DNA of 64,000 nucleotides from Nostoc sp. (GTDB lineage Bacteria; Cyanobacteriota; Cyanobacteriia; Cyanobacteriales; Nostocaceae): NCBI RefSeq assembly GCF_036917355.1, contig NZ_JBALDP010000021.1, positions 30,542 to 94,541 of the forward strand, read 5' to 3'. Shown piece by piece: positions 30,688 to 39,691 of this stretch (position 1 is its first letter; each line of letters starts with the position of its first letter). The notes under the pieces were generated by a model. It saw only the letters and a program-made list of their open reading frames with translations, ran no database searches and was not told where the DNA came from. The position numbers and the translations under genes were made by a program.

Positions 30688-31218
30688 ATGACTGCAAGTT
30701 ACGACAAAACTATTTCTCAAGCTCAGAGCAATGAAACTCAAGAATTGGTGGATAAGTTTAACGCCTTAGATACCGATGCCAAATTAGCCTGGTTCTATTT
30801 TGTTTATAAAAAAATGGGTGATTCGATCACACCAGCTGCGCCAGCTGCGGCAGAACCAGAGTTAGCACCACTTCTGCTCGGAGATTATTTTAAATTATCC
30901 GATGAGCAGCAACTAGATATTATGCGGGATATCGTTAACCGCAAAGACACAGAATATTCTCGTGCTTATGGAGCGATAAAAGAAAACAACCAGCTACTAG
31001 TTTGGTATGCTTGGGCGGTAGCTATGGGAGATACGGTGGTTGGAATACCGTCTAGCTACCAGCCAAGTCAGGCAGTTAACGATCTGCTTTCCGAAATTGA
31101 AGGACTAGATTTTGAAGAGCAAATGTCAGTGTTTCGGACAATAGCTGGTGAAGTGGGTTACACCAATGTTAAACCGATCGCAACGCAAGCAGAAACTGGG
31201 AAAACATCAAGTTTGTAA
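30688..31218 (+). CDS. Helical carotenoid protein (HCP, OCP N-terminal domain homologue)
   Basis: KLAWFYFVYKKMGDSITPAAPAAA, SRAYGAIKENNQLLVWYAWA, MGDTVVGIP. Confidence 0.9.
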   Translation: MTASYDKTISQAQSNETQELVDKFNALDTDAKLAWFYFVYKKMGDSITPAAPAAAEPELAPLLLGDYFKLSDEQQLDIMRDIVNRKDTEYSRAYGAIKENNQLLVWYAWAVAMGDTVVGIPSSYQPSQAVNDLLSEIEGLDFEEQMSVFRTIAGEVGYTNVKPIATQAETGKTSSL

Positions 31219-31226
31219 TCAGCCTT

Positions 31227-31277
31227 GGCGACTAAAAGTTGCGGCTACACAAACTAAAGTCCGCCCCCGCGGACTTT
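31227..31277. repeat. Partial copy of the element at 404-530
   Basis: GGCGACTAAAAGTTGCGGCTACACAAACTAAAGTCCGCCCCCGCGGACTTT. Confidence 0.5.
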
Positions 31278-31283
31278 AAGAAC

Positions 31284-32048
31284 CTACGAGACAGCTAACT
31301 GACTCAAGTCGGCTGGGGTGAGGTTGGAGTGTACTACTTTACCATCACGGAACCAAACGATTCGCTGAGTTTGACGGGCGACTTCTGGTTCATGTGTCAC
31401 CATGACAACTGTGATTCCACTGGCATTGAGTTCGCCAAAAATATCTAAGACTTCTTGGGTTGTGCGCGAATCAAGTGCGCCTGTAGGTTCATCAGCGAGG
31501 AGTACTACGGGACGATTGACGATCGCACGGGCGATCGCTACTCTTTGTTGTTGTCCACCAGATAGTTGAGTTGGTTTGTTGTTAAGACGATTTGCTAAAC
31601 CTACTCGCGTCAAGGCTTCCGTGGCGCGATCGCTTCTTTCTTTCAGACTCACACTAGCATAGACCATTGGCAACATCACATTTTCTAATGCTGTGAGTTG
31701 GGGTAACAAATGGAATTGCTGGAAGACAAAACCCAGCTTTTTATTACGGATATGTGCCAGAGATTTATCATCCATTTGCGCCACATCAATATTATCTAAG
31801 TAATAATGTCCGCCTGTGGGTCGGTCTAGACAGCCGATAATATTCATAGCTGTGGATTTACCTGAACCAGAAGGCCCCATAATTGAACAATATTCGCCTT
31901 CGTTGATAGTTAAATTAACATCGTTAAGTGCTTTGACTTCAGTTTCGCCACTGCCATATATTTTAAAGATATTCTCCAAACGAATAATTGTTGATTTAGG
32001 GACGGGATTAGAAACTAGAGAATCGGTAATTGAAATAGTGTTTGCCAT
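31284..32048 (-). CDS. ABC transporter ATP-binding protein (LolD/MacB-like)
   Basis: [37 protein letters not shown]. Confidence 0.9.
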   Translation of the reverse strand: MANTISITDSLVSNPVPKSTIIRLENIFKIYGSGETEVKALNDVNLTINEGEYCSIMGPSGSGKSTAMNIIGCLDRPTGGHYYLDNIDVAQMDDKSLAHIRNKKLGFVFQQFHLLPQLTALENVMLPMVYASVSLKERSDRATEALTRVGLANRLNNKPTQLSGGQQQRVAIARAIVNRPVVLLADEPTGALDSRTTQEVLDIFGELNASGITVVMVTHEPEVARQTQRIVWFRDGKVVHSNLTPADLSQLAVS

Positions 32049-32118
32049 AAGGATTTAGTTATTAGATGGTAGAGATGCAATTATTATAAAAATTTTGTTA
32101 ATCCATAAGGCGGGCTAA

Positions 32119-33168
32119 CTAAGGAATCATTGCTACTTTAATTACTTTACGCGCCTTCATATCAGAAAACACCTGTTCTAAATCTTTTAATGGTCGTTGT
32201 TCGCTAATAAGTAACTCAAAGGGAATTTTACGACTAGCTATCAGTGCAAGGGCCGATCGCACGTACTCTGGTGTATTATGAAACACACCTTTAATGGTAA
32301 GTTCACTATAGTGTAGCTGTTCTGTACTGATGGTAATGCTGGTATCTCGTGGACATCCACCGAATAAATTGACTGTTGCACCAGGACGGGCGCAGGCGAT
32401 CGCAGTTTCCCAAACACTGGGGACACCAGTGGCTTCAATTACTACATCTGCACCCCATCCTTGGGTAAGTTCTTTCACTACACTGGGAATATACGGGATT
32501 TGATGATAATTAAAGGTCTGGGTTGCACCCAATTTCTGACCAATTTCTAGTCTGTGGTTATTACCTCCCCACAGCAAAACCTCAGCTTTCTCACTCAGCA
32601 CCGCCACAAACATTAACCCGATCGCCCCATCTCCCAACACGACGACTTTATCTTTGGGCTTAATATTAGAACGCGCTACACCATGTAATACACAAGCCAA
32701 AGGTTCTGTCATCGCTGCCAATTCCCACGGCAGCTCATCGGGAATCTGCAACATATTATGCTCTACTATCGGTGCGGGAATTTTTAGGTATTGGGCAAAA
32801 GTCCCATTATTCCAGGTCAAATTTGGACATAAGGAATATTCTTGACGTTGACAAAAAAAGCACTTCATGCAGGGAGCGGAATTATTAGCGACGATGCGAT
32901 CGCCTACTTGCCAATTTGTCACTCCTGTACCCACAGCAACAATTCGCCCAGCCGCTTCGTGACCAAACAGGGTTGGCGGGATCAGCATCCTGGCATGACC
33001 ACCACGCCGCCAGACTTTCAAATCTGTACCGCAAGTTGTTGCAGCCCCCACTTGGATTACAACCTCTCCAGCCGCCGGAGTAGGGTCAGAAACTTCCTCT
33101 AGGCGTAAATCTTCTTGACCATAAAGTAACGCTGCTAACAAAACTTTAAACCTATTAATTAGCTCCAT
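32119..33168 (-). CDS. Zinc-dependent alcohol/polyol dehydrogenase (MDR family)
   Basis: TTCGTD, GHEAAG, C..C.FC...EYSLC, EPLAC, GDGAIG, EATG. True start may be a few codons downstream. Confidence 0.9.
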   Translation of the reverse strand: MELINRFKVLLAALLYGQEDLRLEEVSDPTPAAGEVVIQVGAATTCGTDLKVWRRGGHARMLIPPTLFGHEAAGRIVAVGTGVTNWQVGDRIVANNSAPCMKCFFCQRQEYSLCPNLTWNNGTFAQYLKIPAPIVEHNMLQIPDELPWELAAMTEPLACVLHGVARSNIKPKDKVVVLGDGAIGLMFVAVLSEKAEVLLWGGNNHRLEIGQKLGATQTFNYHQIPYIPSVVKELTQGWGADVVIEATGVPSVWETAIACARPGATVNLFGGCPRDTSITISTEQLHYSELTIKGVFHNTPEYVRSALALIASRKIPFELLISEQRPLKDLEQVFSDMKARKVIKVAMIP

Positions 33169-33251
33169 CCGATTTTACCAGTTGGGGCTTATTGATAGGT
33201 TTAAACGAAATCAGTATTGATTTTTAGTAGGTTTTATATATTGTTGAAAAA

Positions 33252-33437
33252 CTAGGTATTCACCGCTGGTTGAGGAACCACACCGGTGTTCCGGGTTTCC
33301 ACATTAGGCAAGCGAGTAGCAGTTAACAGCGGTACTTCTTGTCGGCACGACAGGCAAAACCAATATAGTTCACCATGACGAGCATGACGCAGGAGGGAAC
33401 CACCGCAGCATGGGCAAGTGTTGGCTCTCGTACTCAT
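33252..33437 (-). CDS. Small Zn-ribbon-like protein
   Basis: CPCC...WFCLSC. Strong AAGGAGG RBS 8 nt upstream of the ATG. Confidence 0.7.
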   Translation of the reverse strand: MSTRANTCPCCGGSLLRHARHGELYWFCLSCRQEVPLLTATRLPNVETRNTGVVPQPAVNT

Positions 33438-33493
33438 ACCAATGTCCTCCTTAAAAAAATTGTTGTTTTAAACTAAGTCAAAAAAGCAGTTGA

Positions 33494-34564
33494 TTAAAAC
33501 TGAATGTTAGCTGCATGAATGCGGCCATTCGATTCTATGCGGTCTTTAATAATTTGTCTGTAAACAGCTTCATATCCGTTAACCATCTGGCTAACACTAA
33601 AGTTGTTTTCTACGTGTTTTCGACAGGTTTGACGATTGAGTTCCAAAGCTGGTGGAATCATTGCCGCCATTTCTGCATAGCTATTGCAGATAAAACCTGT
33701 TTTACCGTGGGCAATAACTTCAGGTACGGAGCCGAAATTCATGGCAATTACTGGCGTACCAGTTGCCATTGATTCAATCATTACTAAGCCAAAAGGTTCT
33801 TGCCAGCTAATGGGGAAAAGAGTTATCGCAGCATTGCCCAGAAGTTTAGTTTTTTGGGCGTGGTTAATTTCACCGAGATATTCGATTTGCTCACCATCTA
33901 TGTGAGGGACAATCTCTTTTTCAAAAAACTCCGAGTTTTCTGCATCAACCTTTCCTGCCATCTTCAAGCGCCAACCACTTTGTTTAGCAATGGCGATCGC
34001 ATGGTGCGGGCCTTTATCTGGCGAAAAACGACCTAAAAACGCTAAATACGGAGGTTGTAAAGGTTGGGCTACAAATGGGTAATCTGCTAGCTCAATTCCG
34101 TTATAAACCGTGCCAACATAATTAAGATCGATTTGACGCTGCGAATTACTAATGCTGATGTATGGTTGCTTTTGGTAGTAGCTAAATGCGTGACGGTTGT
34201 CAGTTGTAAAATTATTGTGCAGAGTGTGGACTGTAGCAGTTGCTGTTATCAAACTCGCTAAAGGTAATGCCGAAATGCCTACATGAGAATGGATGATATC
34301 GAATTGGTCGGCACGCTGGTAAACTTGGCTGAGTTCTAGCATTTCGTACACTGCATACTCTTTCACATTTGGGTCTAAGCGTAATGCACGTGGATAAACT
34401 GCTTCTAAATGAGCCAAAGTTTGAGAATCACCAGAGGCAAATAAAGTTACCTCATGACCGCGACGAACAAGTTCATCAGTCAAGCGACTCACTACCAATT
34501 CTATTCCTCCATAATTAGGAGGTGGAACCCTTTCCCATAAGGGGGCAACTTGAGCGATTTTCAT
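33494..34564 (-). CDS. Glycosyltransferase family 4
   Basis: MKIAQVAPLWERVPP..YGGIE, FLGRFSPDKG, EPFGLVMIESMATGTPV. Confidence 0.9.
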   Translation of the reverse strand: MKIAQVAPLWERVPPPNYGGIELVVSRLTDELVRRGHEVTLFASGDSQTLAHLEAVYPRALRLDPNVKEYAVYEMLELSQVYQRADQFDIIHSHVGISALPLASLITATATVHTLHNNFTTDNRHAFSYYQKQPYISISNSQRQIDLNYVGTVYNGIELADYPFVAQPLQPPYLAFLGRFSPDKGPHHAIAIAKQSGWRLKMAGKVDAENSEFFEKEIVPHIDGEQIEYLGEINHAQKTKLLGNAAITLFPISWQEPFGLVMIESMATGTPVIAMNFGSVPEVIAHGKTGFICNSYAEMAAMIPPALELNRQTCRKHVENNFSVSQMVNGYEAVYRQIIKDRIESNGRIHAANIQF

Positions 34565-35021
34565 AAGTTTTTCTGGTTCAGTCTATGAAATTGTCCTCAA
34601 TAATGAGCTAGATCATTATTTTATGAGTAAAGAGCATTTGTACTTACTCTTTTGACATTTAAATTAACCTAACAGGCTATCAAAAGCGCAATAACGGTTA
34701 ACCGTACCGCAAATTTTCTACGAACAAATCTAATTGACTATTGGCAAAAGTCAACTCTGAGCTACACTTCTAACCGTATAGCTAATCTATTATTTGTTGC
34801 ATCTGTCTTGGGGATCATAAAGAGGTAGAATGTTTTGTAGCAGAACTTACAAAATTGAATATTTAGTAGCTGACAATACTAAAATATTCAATGGGATCAA
34901 GTCATTAAAGCTTCATTTAAAGGTAATTGGGAAAGGGAAAAGAAATTATAAATATTAAGTAATTGTACAATAATTACATAATTTGTAATTAGTAATTTAC
35001 AAAAATCCTGATAATTAACTA

Positions 35022-35804
35022 ATGAAAATCGCTACTTGGAACGTCAACTCAATTCGCACTCGCCTTGAACAGGTTATCGATTGGTTAACCCTAAATCCCG
35101 TTGATGTTCTCTGCTTGCAAGAAACCAAAGTTGTGGATGTGGAATTTCCGCGATCGCCTTTTGAGGAGTTAGGGTATAACCTTTATATGTCAGGACAAAA
35201 ATCTTATAACGGTGTAGCCCTGATTAGCCGCCAGCCACTCGTAAATGTCAGTAGCGGGTTTAGGGCGATTTTGCCAGATTTACATCACGAATGGGACGAG
35301 CAAAAGCGCGTGATTACTGGTGTAATTGATGGTGTGCGGATTGTAAACTTATATGTTCCTAATGGAGCAGCGGTAGGAACGGAGAAATACGAATACAAAC
35401 TGCGCTGGTTGACAGCGCTACACGAGTATTTACGATTGCTGGTGTTGTCAGAATCTGCAATTTGTGTATGTGGCGACTTCAATATCGCCTTGGAAGACAA
35501 GGATATTCACGAGCAAGTGAGTACAGAAAATCACATTATGGCAACAGAGACAGAGCGCCAAGCCTTACGGGATATTCTGAAACTGGGATTTGCCGATGCT
35601 TTTCGCAAATTCACCACAGAAGGTGGAAATTATAGTTGGTGGGATTATCGCTCCGCCGCCTTCCGTCGTAACTTAGGTTGGCGAATTGACCATCACTATC
35701 TCACGCCTGTTTTATATGAACGTGCTATAAATTGTATTATTGATGTCGCACCGAGAAAGTTAACCCAACCTAGCGACCATGTGCCAGTTATTGTGGAATT
35801 TTGA
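35022..35804 (+). CDS. xth: Exodeoxyribonuclease III (AP endonuclease)
   Basis: MKIATWNVNSIR, LQETK, YNGVA, YVPNG, GDFN, SWWDYR, WRIDH, SDHVP. Confidence 0.95.
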   Translation: MKIATWNVNSIRTRLEQVIDWLTLNPVDVLCLQETKVVDVEFPRSPFEELGYNLYMSGQKSYNGVALISRQPLVNVSSGFRAILPDLHHEWDEQKRVITGVIDGVRIVNLYVPNGAAVGTEKYEYKLRWLTALHEYLRLLVLSESAICVCGDFNIALEDKDIHEQVSTENHIMATETERQALRDILKLGFADAFRKFTTEGGNYSWWDYRSAAFRRNLGWRIDHHYLTPVLYERAINCIIDVAPRKLTQPSDHVPVIVEF

Positions 35805-35828
35805 ATTGGGCATGGATGGGGCGGGGCA

Positions 35829-35915
35829 TAAGAGGCAGAGGTGCGGAGGGGCAGAGGAGCAGAGGGGAAAAACTTAGTGCAACTTCTCCCCTGCTCCCTT
35901 GCTCCCTTGCTCCCC
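35829..35915. repeat. Inverted STRR-type repeat between convergent genes
   Basis: GGGGCAGAGGAGCAGAGGGG...CTCCCCTGCTCCCTTGCTCCCTTGCTCCCC. Confidence 0.55.
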
Positions 35916-35916
35916 A

Positions 35917-37005
35917 TCAATTTAACGGCTTATATATATCTTCAGAACAGGGATTGAGATAAGGACGCTGCAAATCAATTAGATGTCGCGCAAAGTGTTG
36001 GTCAATAACCCTCATCCGTTCCTCCATCGCATTTTTACCTTTTTGCCAAGCTTCCAACAAAGCATTTGCGACGATTTGGCAACGGTTCATCCCAAAACTT
36101 TCTTGTGCCGCAAATTTTTGGGTTGGTTCTTCGGCTAAACCTAACCCTGGAGCTAAAAATTTGGTAAACAAAGGAATTTCGGGCTGGAAATGGGATTGAT
36201 TTTCGATATAAACAGTCTGAAGGATTGCGCGGATTGCTGGATAGTCGGGGAGTTCAAAGTAGAGTAGCCCCGAATCATAGCGTCCGTATGCAGAAGGGTT
36301 GTGGAGAACCTGAAAACTAAAGGGAATCGAGGCTGCATTTAGTTGCAGTGTCAAGCTTTCCATGAGAGCGATCGCACCCGATGCCGTAAAGTTAAAATAG
36401 ATTCGCCCTGCTCCTAAATCAGCATCTGGGTTGCTTTGCCGTTCCTGTCCAACATTGCTAACTGCTAAGTAACAGCCATTTTGCAGTCGATTTTTGGGCA
36501 TCCAGATTGCTATCATGTCACCCACTTTGGTAGATTTCTTACTGGATTCTAGATGGCAATCTGGCTCAACATAAAGTGTTAAACCGCCTTTAGTCACAGC
36601 CATAGTCCCATCAGGTTCTTTCCGCAACACCTGCCATCGAGGGTCAAAATAACCTATGCCGTGATTACTGGCGTGCAGTTGCTCGTAAAAGTTCCAGTCA
36701 ATCTCCAAAATAGAATTATCTGCTAAATTATGCTTTTGCGGGCAATTAGTATTATCAGTATTGACTGCCAAAGTACTTTGCAGGGAGCCATTGTAATAGA
36801 TTCCATAGAGAAAATTTCGCAGCAGGAGAGTGAGATACTTCTGTTGTAAATCTACGGAATTTTGTTGAAATCTATCGGCTATTTTAGTCGGCAGAGCAAA
36901 GGGTTGATAATTGGGATGGTAAATACAAAAATTAGACTCAATCTGGATATTCTGAGCAATATCAAATAGAGAATTTAGCGATTGATTGATAGAGGAATTT
37001 AGCAT
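35917..37005 (-). CDS. HopA1-family protein (LanY-like phosphothreonine lyase fold)
   Basis: FLYGIYYNGSL, GYFDPRWQV, RIYFNF, YGRYDSGLLYF, PLFTKFLAPGLGLAEEP, SFGMNRCQIVA. Confidence 0.8.
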   Translation of the reverse strand: MLNSSINQSLNSLFDIAQNIQIESNFCIYHPNYQPFALPTKIADRFQQNSVDLQQKYLTLLLRNFLYGIYYNGSLQSTLAVNTDNTNCPQKHNLADNSILEIDWNFYEQLHASNHGIGYFDPRWQVLRKEPDGTMAVTKGGLTLYVEPDCHLESSKKSTKVGDMIAIWMPKNRLQNGCYLAVSNVGQERQSNPDADLGAGRIYFNFTASGAIALMESLTLQLNAASIPFSFQVLHNPSAYGRYDSGLLYFELPDYPAIRAILQTVYIENQSHFQPEIPLFTKFLAPGLGLAEEPTQKFAAQESFGMNRCQIVANALLEAWQKGKNAMEERMRVIDQHFARHLIDLQRPYLNPCSEDIYKPLN

Positions 37006-37106
37006 TAATCCATTCAGAAATCAAACTGTAATAAAATAGAATTCAGGAGTCAAAATACAGAATTCAGAATTGTGTGTTCTGATTCAAATTGTTCTACTCT
37101 CTACTG

Positions 37107-38348
37107 CTAACAACCACGCAGCCGAGTTTTCTCGTAATAAATCCGAAGTAACTGCTGCTCTTTCACAGGCTGAGGAAATTTATGAATCTTTGCCACAGGA
37201 TTTAGGATTTCTGACTCTGACATCCCGAAAATGGTCAATACAGCTTGCTCTGGCATTACAAGTAAACTTTTAGCTACTTGAAGCATACAGAGTTCAACAT
37301 TATTAAAGTGTTTCCGGCACGTAATCATCTCCTGAATTTGATGAATTAGTGCCAGTCCCGCAAACTGGAGAACGCGCGAAATAAAGTCACTGCGGTATTC
37401 CAAAATCATCGGGAAAGCATTTATATAAGCCCTAATTAAGGCAATAATTGAAGGTTGTAAAATCTCTAACGGTGTTAACGCCAAATGTAAAGATTCTTCT
37501 AACTCAAGGGTGGGGTCTACTACCAGACTCTTAAGCCAAATTCCTAAATAGCTTGCCAGTAAAGTTCCTAAATCAAAGGCTGGGTCTCCCCAAGAACAAG
37601 CTTCCCAGTCAATTAGTCGTATAAGACAATTGTCTAATTGCTCCCATCTGGAATGAACCAAAATGTTGTTCAATTTCAGGTCGTTATGAGTTAAACAGCA
37701 AGGATTCCAGCTATATGCCAAATCTGCGATCGCAGATTCCAAACTCTCGTACTGTTGATAAAGAACATAGAATTTCAGTGCATCTGTGGGAACAGTCCCA
37801 AAAATCTCCGGCCCAATCGACCCTACCCCTTGCGCTGGATTGTAAAACCCGTAGCGAAACTCTCCTTGGGGAGCAGTTGCCATAAAATCCCGATATTCTC
37901 GGCGGTTGTAGGTGGCACGATGCAGTCCCGCCAAAGTTGTGCCGATGGCAGAAGCAATTTCTTGTGGAAAAATCTCATTGTTGTGGTATAATGTCGCAAG
38001 CTCTAGATATTCATTCAAGTAGCTACGGACAAGAATCGAATTTTCTTCGTCAAAATGCACTACCAATGGCGCGATCGCTGAAGTATTACCTAGAACTGGA
38101 AACTGTTGTAGCAACTGGTGAAATAGCCACTCCTGAAACAATTCATGAGGCGCGCCGTCATTGTTGTTAACGTTACGTTCTTGTTTAATGAGCAGTTGGC
38201 AATTATCTACTAAAGTCACTAGTAAATTGAAATTGTTCTGACTACTTCCTGGCAACTCAGATTTGTCTGATGGGCCATCTTCTGAGCTACACAGACCCGC
38301 CTCTTGCAGATACTGGATAACGTTATGAGAAGACAGTGATAATACCAT
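37107..38348 (-). CDS. Aminoglycoside-phosphotransferase-family kinase (LanK-like)
   Basis: LLIKQE (ATP lysine), THNDLKLNNIL (HxD..N), LIDWE, WGDPAFDLG. Confidence 0.85.
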   Translation of the reverse strand: MVLSLSSHNVIQYLQEAGLCSSEDGPSDKSELPGSSQNNFNLLVTLVDNCQLLIKQERNVNNNDGAPHELFQEWLFHQLLQQFPVLGNTSAIAPLVVHFDEENSILVRSYLNEYLELATLYHNNEIFPQEIASAIGTTLAGLHRATYNRREYRDFMATAPQGEFRYGFYNPAQGVGSIGPEIFGTVPTDALKFYVLYQQYESLESAIADLAYSWNPCCLTHNDLKLNNILVHSRWEQLDNCLIRLIDWEACSWGDPAFDLGTLLASYLGIWLKSLVVDPTLELEESLHLALTPLEILQPSIIALIRAYINAFPMILEYRSDFISRVLQFAGLALIHQIQEMITCRKHFNNVELCMLQVAKSLLVMPEQAVLTIFGMSESEILNPVAKIHKFPQPVKEQQLLRIYYEKTRLRGC

Positions 38349-38580
38349 GTATTATTTCCTACTTCATTAAATTACTTAAACTTATCGTGTCAAATTTGCT
38401 TGGTCTTAAGAGTTTTTAGTAGATAGGAACTAATGCAAGAAGAGAAATGTGAATAAGAATAAAGATTTCTACAATCTACTAATATCTCATATTTGGGAGT
38501 AAAACCTGCCAAAATGGCACCAAGTCCTTTGCAATTCCTTTAAAATTTGCTCCCAGATACCGTGACATCTTTACAAAGAA

Positions 38581-38762
38581 AGGCAGAGGGTCGAAGGCAG
38601 GAGGCAAAACGGATAAGTAGTATAAATTACAACTTTAGTTCTGGGTTTAAAGCCCAGTCTTAACGGATAATTATACCGAGACTGCTTGCAGCGAGGTATA
38701 AAACATCATTGTTTCAATCCCACTCTTTTAAGGGTGGGTTGCCTCCTGCCTCCTGCCTCCTG
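38581..38762. repeat. Non-coding MITE-like element bounded by inverted (GGCAGGA)n tracts
   Basis: AGGCAGAGG..GGCAGGAGGC at the left and GCCTCCTGCCTCCTGCCTCCTG at the right. Internal hairpins CTGGG-TTTAAAG-CCCAG and CCCACTC-TTTTAA-GGGTGGG. Confidence 0.5.
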
Positions 38763-39286
38763 AAACTTTATCAGCATGGTTACTTAGATACATCTAGAGT
38801 AAGTTTTGTGGTAAAGCCTTTTTTTGTGGCCAAGAAGCATCCCCAGCAAAAAAACTGATTGGTAGCAGATGTGTTTGATGTTCAGTAGTCATCCTCAAAG
38901 CAGCGAAGAATTTGAATAATCCTTCGCGATACAAAGCATGACATTCAACACTATTACTTTTATTTATCATCACCAAGCCAAAAAAACCGGAGTTTTTTAG
39001 CAATTAGTAATTATTTTTTGATTTAATTTTCAGAATTGATGTCTAAAAAGCTTGTTATCACGTTATTTTCGTCACCTACAAATTGTAGATGACTATGGGC
39101 GATCGCAAACAAAGCCTACATGAGCGCATCTTATGTAAGTGTACTTTTGTCAAGCTTGAAACAGGGTATTTTTCCAAGGCAAGGGTAACAAGTCACAGTA
39201 ATATAAATGTACTAATATAATTCAAAGCAGGGAAAATCATGCCATACCAAAAACACAGGAGGGTGGTTATTGCTGAGAGACTAATG

Positions 39287-39607
39287 CTACCTTAAAGCCA
39301 CAAATTGATTCACCATCACCGCCAATGCCAGCATACCCAAAATTATCATTAATCCCGCAGGCATAAACTTGCGTGTTTTTGCCAGTCTAAATGCAAAGAA
39401 AACTACTAAAACAGCAGTAACTAACACTGCTAAAATCGCACCCCAGGTTTGTCCTTGGAGTTGAAAGTAAGCGGCAAGTATTAATAATAAACCGCTAATA
39501 CTACCACTTAGGAGTGAAACTCTACTTGTAGCTTGAATGTAGCCAATAACCCCACCCACAATCGCTAATATACCGTAGGCAAAAGCAGCAACTATACCTA
39601 AATTCAT
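39287..39607 (-). CDS. TMEM14-family membrane protein
   Basis: AYGILAIVGGVIGY, SLLSGSISG, KTRKFMPAG. Confidence 0.85.
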   Translation of the reverse strand: MNLGIVAAFAYGILAIVGGVIGYIQATSRVSLLSGSISGLLLILAAYFQLQGQTWGAILAVLVTAVLVVFFAFRLAKTRKFMPAGLMIILGMLALAVMVNQFVALR

Positions 39608-39691
39608 TGTTAAAACCTATGTAGACTTTGACTTTACTGCCAGGGTCAGCAGACAATTTACCATAGCTATTTAGCTATACCACACAGTTGA

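Noticed and set aside
31284-32048. Orphan ABC ATPase lacking a permease
   Set aside because: Stand-alone LolD/MacB-like ATPase genes are frequent; nothing further supports novelty.
38794-39003. 69-aa minus-strand ORF upstream of the kinase as a RiPP precursor
   Set aside because: TTG start, no leader/core pattern, not Ser/Thr/Cys-rich, and it overlaps a REP-like half element (GTCATCCTCAAAGCAGCGAAGAAT, from 38888).
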